Assembly (NCBI RefSeq): GCF_964355755.1
Contig: NC_092675.1
Coordinates: 21,858,912-21,922,911, forward strand
DNA: 64,000 nt
Origin: Antedon mediterranea
Lineage: Eukaryota > Animalia > Echinodermata
Reading direction: 5' to 3'
Shown: positions 46,352-60,290 of the stretch, piece after piece
Layout: each line of letters starts with the position of its first letter
Numbering within the stretch: position 1 is the stretch's first letter
Made by a program: the position numbers and the translations under genes
Notes under the pieces: generated by a model
Told to the model about the DNA's origin: nothing
What the model saw: only the letters and a program-made list of their open reading frames with translations
Database searches by the model: none

Positions 46352-49300
46352 GAGCCATTGTCTGTAAGAATCAAAGAAATATCAAAAAAAGTGGCAGACT
46401 CAAAAAAATGGATTTCTTTCAAATTTTGCACATGGCTATATATGTGTTGAGAGAAATCAAATATGAAGTATTTTTTATTTCACACGTATATTTCCATGGC
46501 AACGGCCAAATTTGTGTTTTTGACAAATTTTGTCCTTTTTTAAGGTTTTTTAAAATGGATATTGGTACTAATTTGATGAACGATATTTTTGTGTTGTTCA
46601 ATTAATTATAAAAAATAATTAGTGTATGCATAATAACAATGCATTGTGTACCTGTTTCAAATTTTTTTATTTTTTTTTATTTTATACTTTGGGAGATACC
46701 ATTTATTTAAAAAGGGGTGTTTTTCACTTTTTTTAAATTGTTCAATGCAACTAAACTTTACTTCACCATAACGCCCAAAGTGGTGTATTTTTTTAGCTGA
46801 TTTATTACAAATAGGTAGTTCTAATGTTTAATAATTGATTTCTAAAATAAAATACTGGGGTAAATTTAAAATCTACAAGCAGTGTTGCGAGAAACATAGG
46901 GATTTTTATAAAAAAAAACATGGTATATTAGTAAAAACATTTTATTTTCTTTGATTATTTGATTTGAAACTCATTGGTCAGAAAAATTCTTAATGTTTTA
47001 TATAGTTCTAGTTGTGTTGTGAGAAAAAAAATTAATTTTTAATTATAGATTCTGTAATTCCCAGTTTTAATGTCATTTTATAGGTTATATCCTCTGGAAA
47101 TTTGAATAAATTATCAGATCGTTGTGAATTTTAATCTTTGCAACAGATTACTCCTCTCTTATTTTGAAGCTCCTCTTTCATTTGTTTACTTCTTTTATTT
47201 GCTAACCTAAGCAGATCCCACATGCCCATCCACCACCACTTTCGACTACCACCCCTCTCTCCCCCCTCCCCCCCCCCCCCACCCCGACTATAACCACAAA
47301 AAGATAAACTGCAACACTTTGGTCGATCATCCACTATAGAGTGTCAAATGCATGCATTCAAGCACCACCCACACTGCCACTACCATCGCCCCAATGAATA
47401 GACGGATTCAAACTCCTCCATCCCACTCCATCCCACCCCTCCCCCTTTCTCCAAGCCCCCACCCACCCCAAGTTAAAAATTGCAATGCAAAAGATAGGAC
47501 ATAAAGTTAAGTTTTTAGACCCTCGCCTTCAACCACCTAACTATTTAAAAGTCCTTGATCCACCACTTTCCCCTCCCCAAAATAGAACCAATCAAAAGTC
47601 AATGATATACTCAGGTATGTTAATGCTACATAACAAATATTGAAGCCCTGATTTGAAATTTCATTTCATTTAAGGTCAGCATGTAAAATATCACACTTTA
47701 TTATTAAATATTGGTTTTAAATTCTATATTTTTTTTACTGTGATGGTTGGATTCATTATTAATTATTAATTAATAATTATCTGATAATTATTTAATTCCC
47801 CTTAGTTATGCATAGCAACAGTTACTATGGTAACTAAAAATGAGATATTCTTTAGATTTTGCATATTTATCTCATACAAATTTAAATTTGTAGATTATTA
47901 GCAGGCATGCCTTATTTGCATTTTCAAATTACCGTTTCACAAGGTCATATTCGTAAGCACTTTCTTCTGTGATTATTTTTATTCATGAAAACCCCATATT
48001 TTATTTACAGCGGCCACCTCCCTTAACAGACGCACTTTGAAAAGCCTGTTTGTTCTTCCTATCTAATTAGTGCATTTGGTGCTTACCGTAAGCAGCTCCG
48101 GGCACCTTTTTATACTAAAAATGAGATTTTTTGTAAGCGGCCAATCGAAAAATGTGATACTTATTGCATGGACCTATGAATTAGAGGTGCATGTTTATTG
48201 TATTTCTTTATATATTAGCTTTATTTTGAAGAGGTTTTAAAAACATTACTGTGAAGAGATGAGAAAACTACACAGATTTTGACCGACCATTTTTCATATG
48301 ATAAAAATTTTTAAAATTTGTCTGAAAATGCTAAAAAATACTAAACCACCTGATTATAAATAATAATAGGCCTACAATTAGCTGGAAAATTGAGACGCTC
48401 GTTTCGTTAAGAATATCGTATATAGCCATAATAAAGTGATTTTGGCCCTTTATCGGCAGAACCTCCCGTAAGCGGCCACTTTTCCAGGTCCCGAGGGTGG
48501 CCACTTACGGGAGGTTCAACTGTATTTAAAAAAACAATTATCCTTAGTTACGCATAGTAACAGGTTCTAAGATAACATAAATAATACATTTTGACATAAC
48601 TTGACCCAACAAATGACCCTTTCACAAGGTCAGACATTTTCTGGGATTCAGTAGGCTAGATAAGTAAATTTGGGAAGTTAGTAAAGCTATGTATTCAATT
48701 GTTTGTAGTCATGAAACCCAATATTAAAAATATTGTACTTAGTTACGTATAGAAACAGTTGCTACAATACACTATAGGTAAAACGTTGATGTCATTTTAC
48801 CTCAATATGTAAATTTTTTTTTTTTTTTTCATGAAACTCCATATTTAAATATCATTTGTTACGTAAACAGGTTTAAGATAACACTAAACGCTTTTTTACC
48901 TTTATTCAGATTCGTCAAGACTTTCTTTCTGAGATTATTAGGATTCAGTATTTAAAGTAAATTTGGCAAAAAGTAGAAATGTAAAACTATGTAGAAAAAA
49001 TGTTTTGTATTTATGAAAAACCCCTTATTTTTTTTAAACGTTCGCATAGAAACAGTTACTATGGTAAAATGTTGACCTCAAAATGAATGAATTTACAAGG
49101 TCAAGTTTGTCATTAATGGAATGCAGTAGAAGTCAAATTGGGAAAAATTACAAATGCAATCAATTCTTTGTATTTATAAAAACGCCATTTTTTACGTTTT
49201 TTTTTTAAATTACTTTCCTTAGTTACACATAGAAATGGTTGCTAAGGTAACACTATAGGTAAAATATAAAAATTGTTGAGAATTGTTATGAACTATCTTG

Positions 49301-50250
49301 TAAATTTTGATCAAACATTAATAGTTGTAGTAAAGTGGGGACCTGTCCTGTTTTGCATTCTGACCCCTTTTGACCTCAAATGACCTATTTACAAGGTCAG
49401 CTTGGTTGGGAGGTCTTTGTATCTCTTTACACAAAATATATTTAAAAATTTATAAAAACCATTGACTCAATTATTTCCAAGTTTAACATTATTTTCCATC
49501 AACTAAATATTTCAATGCAAAATACTGTTTTTCTGGCAATTAATTGAAATAAACCTGGCAACACATTCTCCTATTTTATCTAAACTATTCGTATGACTCT
49601 AGTAGCATTATGACAAGCCATATATACATTTTATTATTGAATTAGCCATATTTAAATTGTGTTTCATGTGTTTTGTTTGTTGATATTTTGTTATATTTTT
49701 TGTATTTTTCGTATTTTCCTGGCAACACAAAACCTATGTACGAAATTTACCCCAGTGTTTTTTTCGTGATTATTGTTGACAAACCTATTGACTATCAAAT
49801 TAAAAAACCTCATTGATTTAAAAACACCACTTTGGAAGTTATAGGTACGTTTATGAGGTATACTTTTATAAAAAAAATATTTTTTAAAAACACCCCTTTT
49901 TAAAATAATGGTATCAACCAAACTCCATTTTGTAATTTATTTTTTTTCTACATTAAATGGAACTCAATACATTTTGTTTACACTGCTATAAATAAAAACT
50001 GTATACTGTAAGTATTTTTGATTAGAATAAGTATACAAGTTTGTACTTTTTCACTATAGAAAATCTGTGAAAAATGGCAAAAACATCAAAATTTGGATAA
50101 TTGACCGTTGTCATGGCAACGGAGGCTAAAAATTAAAATGAATGTTGTAGATATGCTTTTTATTGAAATGTCTATTCATGGTAAAAATTTGAGAGAAATC
50201 CATTTTTTTACATCTGCCACCAAATCTTTGATTTTTACAGACAATGGCTC
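46352..50250. mobile_element. 3.9-kb non-autonomous Kolobok-like DNA transposon
   Basis: TTAA|GAGCCATTGTCTGTAAGAATCAAAGA...TCTTTGATTTTTACAGACAATGGCTC|TTAA. Imperfect inverted similarity continues for several hundred bp; no long ORF. Confidence 0.85.
48008..48522. mobile_element. pogo/Tigger-like MITE nested in the Kolobok-like element
   Basis: TA|CAG...GAACCTCCCGTAAGCGGCCAC...GTGGCCACTTACGGGAGGTTCAACTG|TA. The left end is internally deleted. Confidence 0.65.
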
Positions 50251-51481
50251 TTAAGAAGTCAAACGTCTTCCAATTAAAATATGAAATGAAATCTTTACCG
50301 ATCCTTGCAAATGTCATAAAACAAAAATAAATAACTTTAGACCTGTAAATTAAACATAACTAGATGGTTCGCGATTACACAGTAATTTCAGCATAATAAA
50401 ACTGCAGGACTATAATACATTGTCGTTTTCAGAAACAAATAGACACGATGATTTATGTAGTCAACTAAAATTAGCACCCTGGGAACTACTTCCGAAAGAG
50501 AAACTTGTCACAAAATGAGTCCAAATTTTTTATTTAAACAAACCCAATTTGTGTTTTGTATATAACATTAGGGTTGAGGGATGGGAAAGAAGATGGGTAC
50601 AAAGAGGAACAATTTTAAAAATTATTCTTTATCCACTCACGAAATATGTTTTCACGTTTTATATGCCTATAAATAATATACCACTAAATACAGTAAAACA
50701 TTTGCGATTTAATACTTTGTTAAAACTGTACCACTGTCATAGTCGATTGAAATAGTAAAGTACATGTAGGCAAAGAACTTGTGTTATAAGTTCTTTGATG
50801 TAGGGGAGTTTCATTTCAAAATGTTGTACAGCTTCACTGTGATCTTTGGTACCTTTGTATTTCACTTTCTCATTATGGGTTGTTATACGATTGAAGCTAT
50901 TTTCAACATTCAAATTTGTATTGTGTATTCAAGTGAATAAATCAATGAAATTTGAAAACTGAGTACGTTAGATAAATACAATAAAATCAGCACAACATCT
51001 TTCTTTTTAAAAGTGGAAAACATCCTCGCAGCATTGATTGATAATCCCGCAATTTATGGATATGGTAGATAGTGTGCCATCTTGTGATTTCTGTTATTGT
51101 TAGGTATTGTACGCTTTTAAAGTATTATAATCATAACACATCAGTAAACCGAACAAGTAAATGATAACAATCCGCGTATTGATTGAAATATTAAACTTTG
51201 ATTTGTGTTTTTACTAGCAAATTCAATTGATTTTTATAAAGCCGTTATCCTTATTATTAATAATGACGCATGCGCTTATAATGATCGTTTTTTTTTTCTT
51301 TTTAAAAACCTTTCCTAAATATTTTCTTTAAAATAAAAACTACGAATATTATTTATTTGTGGATGAAAGGCATTATGTTTCATAGGAACGCATTGCAGTA
51401 GGATTGATGATCGTGCGAGAGACAACAATGTTGTCTGACGTTAATGTTAGTCAGGTTTAGAAGAGTGAGTTTCATTTCAAA

Positions 51482-54400
51482 ATGTTTTACATATTGTACA
51501 GCTTCACTGTGATCTTTGGGACCTTTGTATTTCACTGTAATATTTCAGCGACTTCAGGTAAGATGAAATACTTTTGTTCTTAAAAACATTTATGTCAAGA
51601 CTTCCTCCGTAAAATCATGGAGAAATAAGTTTTCTCCATGGTGAAATAAACAAATAAGCCCCGTGGTGGCAAATAAAATGCGATGTGACCACGTAATTGG
51701 TTAACAAATAATGATAATAAAAATTATTATTTTTTAGATGTTATTTAGTCCACAACATTTACATACCAGATTAATGGAAATAAACATTTTTGCATTTTTC
51801 TGTTTATAAAAGTATTAAAAGACAGTTTAAAAATTCATACGGAACTTCAAGAAATTAAGTACCTAATAGCTGGCCATGCTTTTTATCCAAAGTTAGTTAT
51901 AGTACATTGTGTTTATTTCTATACGCATTTCTTTTTTTCATACACTTCCTATTTATTAGGTAAATCCTGTATGCGATCTGCAATTTTTGAGAACCAACGG
52001 AATTTGTTAACATCAAAAGAAATTATTTCGGTATTTTCTACTACTAGAACAAGAAGTGCAACTCGGTGTTCTCTGTTGTGTTTGAGTCTTACTCATGACT
52101 GTCAATCATTTCGCTATGACATCACATCAAAATCATGTGAATTATCTGGACGTTTGGGATTGGAAAAAAGAGGCAGTCACCGGGCGTATACACTACGGCC
52201 AGCAGTATGTATTGTCTGGTGTTATAATAACATGAATAAAACATGTTTTGTTATAAAACATGATTTATAAAGGTTGTTGATAGTGCAACAAACATGATCG
52301 ACGATGATTCAATTGGATCATCATCAATATACATTGAATTATGCATTCCCTCTCATTATTAATTGGAATCAGATTGTATAGACAACTGTTATGTCATTGG
52401 TATTCTTGCTTATTTACTAGGTAAGAGATTGCCAGGATATTTTGGGAAGCGGTGGAAGCGGTTTATACCCAATTGCTAAGACTGGTAGAAACGCATTGCT
52501 TTTGTACTGTGATATGGATACTGGAGAAGGAGGATGGACGGTATTATATACATTTTTAGGCCTGATAAAAGGGCATCTATAGTCGTTGTTATGTAGGCAT
52601 AGCATACGACATGTAGATTTGGCTACACATGTAAAAACTTTAAAAAAGAAGCAGACAATCAATATTCAATATCTTTTTTTTATTTGTAGGACTTATCTAA
52701 ATAGCTGTAGATTACGTGTACTAAAACACGTTAATACACGTGAAAACAATTGCATACAAAAATATAACATCAGTCCAATCAAATGCATTTAAACACTCTG
52801 TGATCTGTTTATTGCAAATCCTGAGTAGGCCTACTTTCTATTCATTCTGCATACTAGACTTTTTTTTCAATACAGCGCCGATTTGTTGGTGGTGGTGGAG
52901 AGAAACATGGCATGTAATAAACCTTGTTGATTGGATGTGACAATCATAACATGACATGTAATAAACCTTCTTGATTGGATGTAACAATCATATCATGACA
53001 TGACATGTAATAAACCTTGATTGGATGTAACAATCATAACATGACATGTAATAAACCTTCTTGATTGGATGTAACAATCATAACATGACATTTAATAAAC
53101 CTTCTTGATTGGATGTAACAATCATAACATGACATATAATAAACATTGATTGGATGTAACAATCATAACATGACATGTAATAAACCTTCTTGATTGGATG
53201 TAACAATCATAACATGACATTTAATAAACCTTCTTGATTGGATGTAACAATCATAACATGACATGTAATAAACCTTCTTGATTGGATGTAACAATCATAA
53301 CATGACATGTAATAAACCTTCTTGATTGGATGTGACAATCATAACATGACATGTAATAAACCTTGTTGATTGGATGTGACAATCATAACATGACATGTAA
53401 TAAACCTTGTTGATTGGATGTGACAATCATAACATGACATGTAATAAACCTTCTTGATTGGATGTAACAATCATAACATGACATGTAATAAACCTTCTTG
53501 ATTGGATGTAACAAACATAACATGACATGTAATAAACCTTCTTGATTGGATGTAACAATCATAACATGACATGTAATAAACCTTCTTGATTAGATGTAAC
53601 AATCATAACATGACATGTAATAAACCTTCTTGATTGGAGCTTGTACTACAAACATCATAGCCATCTTATAGTCCCTTGTCTGAATTCCTTTTTTCAATAT
53701 TTATGTAACCCGAGGCTTATTAGGAACCTCTCTCTGATTTCTGCAAATAGGTAAAGGTATAGGTAAATTTACAAAGAAGCCTATTTTTTTAAATCGTATG
53801 TTGTGTACTGTATTCTAGGTTTTTCAGCGTCGTGAGGATGATTCACTGGATTTTTATCGGTCTTGGGAAGAATATAAAAATGGTTTTGGAAATGTGTGCG
53901 GTGAGTTCTGGCTGGGAAATGACAATATAAATGAGATGACGTCATCTGGAAAGTACAACCTTCGAATTGATATGAAAACGGATTCTGGTGCATACTATTC
54001 AGTACACGAATCCTTCAGAATCAGGAATGAAAGTGAGGACTACACTTTGGAAGTCGGAGATCAAGTAAACGGCAACATGGGTAAATGTAGAGATTGTTTA
54101 CAAGCATGTTTGATCGAAAGCGACAGTTTAATGCATTTGCATGCTCACATTTCCCTCTGACAAACTTTTTTCTTCTATTAATTCGAGTTCCACTTTTGGA
54201 ATTTGGTTAGGCAACAACATAACTAATATAATCAAAAGTCGAAATGCCTTTATTATAAGGCATTTCGACTTTTGTTGCCAACTAAGACATAGCTGGACTT
54301 TGAAAATTCCAATGCTCTTAAATGTTTGACTATATAACATTAATGCCAAAACATATCAGAATGTGATTATGCGTGTTAACAATCATGTTAGATTAGATCA

Positions 54401-54807
54401 TAAAATATACTACAGTTACTGCTACTGCTGCTGCTACTGCTATGGTACCGCTACCGGTAGCGCTAGCGCTGCCGCTACCACTACCACCACCACTACGACG
54501 ACAACGTTTTACCAACAGTTAACAGAAAATGAATGTTTTTAGAAAATATCGTCATTCATTTCTTTTCTAAACAGTTAATGTGATGGTACGTCATCGAGGA
54601 CATGGTTTTACAACACGTGGTGTAGATAACGACGTTAAGAAGAATAATAATTGTGCTAAAGAATATAAAGGCGGCTGGTGGTATTACAGTTGTTACTCTT
54701 GTCATTTAAATGGAATGTATGGACATTCATTCCAGTGCTTCATTGGAGATTTTAATACTTTTGAAAATCTGAGATGGTCAGAAATGAAAATGAAGCGTAA
54801 TTTGTAG
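51482..54807 (+). CDS. secreted PAN/apple + fibrinogen C-terminal domain (FReD) protein
   Basis: Exons 51482-51557 (signal peptide), 51960-52204 (CSLLCLSLTHDCQSFRYDITSKSCEL, PAN-like), 52421-52540 (RDCQD...YCDMDTGEGGWT), 53819-54080 (VFQRR...WEEYKNGFG...GEFWLGND), 54575-54807 (FTT..DND...NCA....GGWWYYSC..CHLNG). Confidence 0.9.
52907..53637. repeat. 44-bp minisatellite, roughly 16-17 copies, in FReD intron 3
   Basis: Unit ATGACATGTAATAAACCTTCTTGATTGGATGTAACAATCATAAC with few variants. Confidence 0.95.
54414..54506. repeat. degenerate trinucleotide tract (GCT/ACT/ACC/ACG)
   Basis: Direct reading of FReD intron 4. Confidence 0.7.
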
Positions 54808-57733
54808 TAGTAAAAAAGTTATAAACATAAACACAGTTATTCTCCTTTTTCGAGATTATGGTATGAATAAGATCAATATTCACTGAACAGGATAAAGGAA
54901 TATAATGGATGATATATCATTTTGTGTTTATAACCGTCTGACTCGATTGACATTTTACTTAGGAAATAATAATTGTATGTACAGTATATCAGTGGTAGCT
55001 GACTTATTTGTATTTAATCGATATATTTGCGGAGGTCCAAGTGCCAAAAAGAGGCTTCGTTAAGGTGTCCCATTGCCACCTCTCTACAAACTAAGCACAG
55101 TTAGCTTAATTCAGAGGTGAGCGGTCATCCTCAAATGGCGTTCAAAATGGCTCCCATTTCATATCACAAACCTATTGTTCGTAACTCAATACATAATATT
55201 ATATGTATTTTATTAAACACTATATCTAGCGATAGCTATTAACATTATATGTCCAATGAAATATGAATTGTGTGTAATAATATTTACTAGATAGCTTTTA
55301 TTGACCCAAAATGATTTTAGCAAAAACTCAACATCTTTTTTGGCATGTAGGCTACTATCTTATAACCTCAAGAAAAATAAGTTTTCATATTTTAAAATGG
55401 CAAGTATGGATGATAGAAATATTATGTAGATTCTAAGTTTCTGTAAAAAAGCTAAAATAAAAAAAGTTATAACCAGTTAAGTTTATGAACTTACAACAAA
55501 ATTGGTATCTGTTTTTTAAAATAAAAATTGAAGGTTGATGGCGCTGTTCTGGCTCAAAGATGCTTTTTACTTATTTTTCATTTTTTAACCGGTATCTCGT
55601 TAAGTTTACCACAGATTATTTTGAAAATGGTCTTATTTGATAGTTAATTATATTTTTAAATATATAAATTTATATGAAATATACAAAATTCAGAACAATT
55701 TATGTTAGTTGCATAAAATAACAATTTTACTAGTCTAGTCCCTAAAAATGGGTGGACTGTTACAAAACTGGATAGTACAAATTGTTAAATTTAGCAGTTG
55801 CATACTAATTCTATGGAAATGCCAAAACAAAGTTTACTGAAAATCTGAATTGACCGCTGTAACCTTTGACCTCAATTGTTATATTGCTATAGTTATGGTT
55901 TTCTTCGAAATTATTAATTATTCTGCTTGTCTGAAAATGATTTCATACTGTTGTTGTAAATAATTAAATTCAGATCGTATGAAGGAATAAATAATCTATC
56001 CGATTTCACTAGCCTGCGTGATAAGAATTATTTGTTATTGTATATTTCTGTAACATTAATTATTTTATGTTTCCACACCTTTTGTACTGCACCACACGAT
56101 TAATTTATTTTAGGGTCTGACGTGACAATTATCTTCCTGTTATATTGCAATTGAATTCAAACTACAGGAATTCTTAATTATAAAGTAAAATAATAACACA
56201 GCGTGATGTATTGTTAAAGATAATAATGGAAGCACAACTTAATTAGAATGTATTACACGCGCGTGCCGAAATGTTTTTCTCAGTAAAAAAAAATTGTTCT
56301 CATCAAAATCATAATATTGTAGCGTCGTCATCATTGTGGCAGATACTACATTGGTTGAACGTGTGGTGGTTGCTTGACCCAGTAAACTCGCAAATTATAT
56401 GTCTAGCGCCCTCACTTTTGAGAACATTGTAAAGATGCAGATATATATCTAGATGGTAACGGGATGATTCGGCCCTGAGACGATTCGGCAAGTCGCATCT
56501 GGATATTAAAATCAATATTTTTTTGTGGATACATACCGTACCATTACACCAAACTCACTTTCAAAATCTTATATAGGGAATTGTACAGTAGGCGGACGGA
56601 GGTGTGCACTCCCGGAGTTCCCTTCAAATTACCCAAGTACTTCACTCAGTTTCTGCGCGCCTTTATTTTAATCTTATTGATGACTAATTCAAATTACGGT
56701 TAAGACGATATGAACTGGTCATCTTTGGATTATTCCATTTCCTTTAGTAGAACCTGGACAGGATTTCATAAACGTATTGACCGTGAGGCTGAAGAACAAA
56801 CTAAGTTCACCGTAAAGAAATAACATATGCACACAATATTTCTGGACATTGGAAAATGTTTTATACAAAGACAGTTTATCATTTTAAAATTTGATTAATT
56901 TTGTTTACTAGTCAATTTTTAAGGAATTTCTGAGGATTGTTAACGTACAGTATAAGGTCTCTTTGATACGATAATATATATGTCATTTCAACAACATGGT
57001 AACTTGGCCAACAATATTCCATTGGAATTCAAAGACCATTATTTTAATACACTACTATTATAATGCACTGATTTCATTGGTTAATTGTGATAGCAGACAA
57101 CTAGAATAGGTGGCGCAAGTCAGATTTTCTAATGTTTTATATTCTGTCAACAAAGAGCCTAATATTTTTATTTTCTCTTGCGTGAATGTATGAATATGTG
57201 TTTTCGGTAAGTATGATTAAAATATTTAAATTGTTTTTTTGTCTCAGAATGTTAATATGTTTGAATAATATTGGAATATTATAATATAAATATTTTGTGC
57301 GTAGTGGCTCAGCTAAGCATGGGCTCTGCTCACTCTGCAAGTGGTGTCAGACAGAGCAGGCATGTTTGAGCATCATCCAGGTCAACAAGTTGATTATACC
57401 CCTTATATTTACTGTTGCAAGTGGCCCACGCATAAAGATTGAGATGGCCTTGGATTTTTATTAAAGCTAATAGTTATACATTAAAATATTTAAGAGAACA
57501 TTGACTCATAAATATTATTTTAAATATCTGGTTTTATTTTTCAATTTAAGTTTATAATAATTTGTTCATTTTTAATTTTAATTAACACAATACAACAGGT
57601 GATTTATATATATTTTATTTTTTAAGGTTTTTATTTTTGACAAGTTTTTGTGGTATTGTTTACATTATACACTCTACTCTTTCAGGCATATACCTATACC
57701 ACTATTTTTTAAAGTAAACAATATTATTATTAA

Positions 57734-58126
57734 AGACTGATACTAGACGTTTTTAGCTGGTAAAGAACGGTAACATATGAACATCGTACGCTAGTTATAG
57801 GCCTTGGCTGACATTGTTGCGTAGCTGAATCAATTGTCTTTCCTTTTTTTGGCAAAATCTGTGAATACAAATTGAGCAAGACCATTTTTTTTATTTTAGC
57901 TGAAAAGTTATGGTTATTTTATTTGTTTACCCTTTCACGCAATCAATCGAAGTGGGTGCATCACATCACAATATGAAAATATCAATCTACTGGCGATGCA
58001 TGTTGAGATTTAGAGGGCTGCTAACATTATTTTAATCAACTTCATTTTCACATTTTTAACCGAAAACAATTATCACAATGATAGTGTGTGACTTTAAATT
58101 AGGTAAAAAAAATGTAGGTATTGTCT
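57734..58126. mobile_element. degenerate Kolobok-like MITE
   Basis: TTAA|AGACTGATAC...GTATTGTCT|TTAA with imperfect termini. Confidence 0.45.
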
Positions 58127-59983
58127 TTAATAATCCTTTGTAGGATGTGCATTCTTATAATTACGAGCACATACACATAATTCAATATTGCACAATAAAC
58201 AAAATGGCATCACAGTATTTGTTCTTTGAAAGTGGCAGAGACAGCATATACAGTGTGTACAAATAATTTAAAAAGGTTTACAGGTAGTAAACCATACAAT
58301 AGAGTCATGTTCTTTCCATTGACCTTTTGTTGTCGCATTTCATAAATGAATTAGTATTTTTTCTGACGTTTTGTCGCATGCTAATATCTTTGTGTCACAC
58401 CTATAACTAGTATTGACTTAAGTGAAAATGAGCCAAACTAATCTGTGTTGGCCTATAAGTTGAGCTAAATTGTTCCATGTCTAGACGGAACTGTTTCCTG
58501 TTCTGGACAACAAGGCATGTCATTAAAGACGGGTAACTTATTATGGAAAATTGTTTATAATTGCTTAAATACTTACACAGACCTATAATGCAAGCTATAT
58601 CATGGCCCTGCCTACTTTATACAGTAGGTCCATGGTTATATCTGTATAACAAAATACAGTACAGTGGGAAATATATTGAATTGTATATAATTTCTCAAAT
58701 GTTTAAAGCTTATTAGCTTTTATTGATGGTCTTCTCATTGCGCTAGTTTTACCTGTATGACTTTTCATATAAGAACCATTCACTTGTATGCATATGCTTA
58801 CTTAGTGCAAACTCCAAGGCACCTCCAACCATTTGTGTATGTGCTGATTTGCTCTTATCTAATTTTCTTAAACCACCCCTCTATTCAAAGTAACCGAGGC
58901 AATTCTCTTATCGCATACATTCAAGACCTTCGTCCATTTCCCATTTTTGCAAAGAAAGCACTTTAGGCTTCTTCTGAGTCAGGCCCTATAAATTTCAAGT
59001 AAAATGAGAAAATCTTGAAAATGAAGTGATCACATTTCAAATATGATTTTCATTTAAACAAAATAATAATCAATATTAAAAATATTGTTCAACTAAAATG
59101 ATTGCCTGTTTATATCAATGCTAGTTAAATATGGAATAGTATTATTATATTGAACATAATAAAGATTTTATGATTGATAATGATGGACTACATGGTCGTC
59201 ATAGCTTTGGCTATTACACTATACTTGAGAATAGAACTTATAACACATTGCCAGACATAGTGTAACATTATAGTTAATCAATATATTTCACAGTAGTAAC
59301 TAATCTAAAGATGATTTGTTTAAAGTACCGTTTCAATTACACATACCACAGTAGATGTATTCACCTAAATAATATTGCTTGTTCCGCTGAGTTCTGAACT
59401 AATACTCGATAATAAAATGGAGATAAGGTTAAATCATGGACCTATAAATCTAATTTATAGATCCATGTTTAAATTTAGATTTAAATGTGAATGTATTTGC
59501 GAGTTATAACATTGAAAAGGAACGAAAAATGAGTATTTACATATAAAACTGTAGTAGGAGAACCATACAGTTGTCTAATTCACCGGAGGCTATTTAAGTT
59601 GTACTTAATAACAATCATTAACTGCCGCGGTAATGATTTAATTAATGTCCAGCAAACGAACCCAAGTGTAAATTAAATGGAGACAGGATGTTCATTGATG
59701 AATTTAATTCTGTTGCCTCCTATTAAAAAATTCCAAATACAGTATATAACCAGTTCATTCAACTTAATAATTGTACTGAATAATTTCCGTATTTAATAGT
59801 TTAATATTTTGCAACATTTCTTAGTCATACTGAATGGTCATTTAGACGTATTTCTATTACTTCCTGTCATATTTCATTAACATGGTGGTACTCAATACAT
59901 TGATCATATCTCGGCTATATAATTGATTTGTGTTTAATAACAATTGATTGAAAATTGGTACCATGGGAAATTAAATAGCTCTT

Positions 59984-60290
59984 ATTATATAACACCTATA
60001 TAAATTCCTGTCATTTGATTGGACGAATGTGGGTCACATGGCGTGCAATAGTACGCACTATTCAACGATCGTTAAATAGTACTTTTTGAAACATTTTTGT
60101 TTGTTATTTAGATGTTATATAAAACAAATAATGAATGTTTTGTATTCGTGTAATGGTACAAATAATGGCACTTGGTGAATGATGAAAGGTTATATCAACT
60201 CGGCTTTGCCTCGTTGATATAACCTTTCATCATTCACCTCGTGCCATTATTTGTACCATTGCACTCATAAACATTCATTATTTGTATAAT
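59984..60290. mobile_element. hairpin element, probably non-autonomous Crypton-like
   Basis: Near-perfect palindrome of about 160 bp at 60125-60284 with loop CTCGGCTTTGCCTCG. A fragment of the same arm lies at about 9595-9645. Family call from recall. Confidence 0.6.

Noticed and set aside
52907-53637. Regular repeat array resembling CRISPR
   Set aside because: Head-to-tail 44-bp units with no unique spacers, no cas genes, located in a eukaryotic intron.
56300-56860. Possible RT-like fragments (ADTTLVE)
   Set aside because: Too decayed to support a call without a search.
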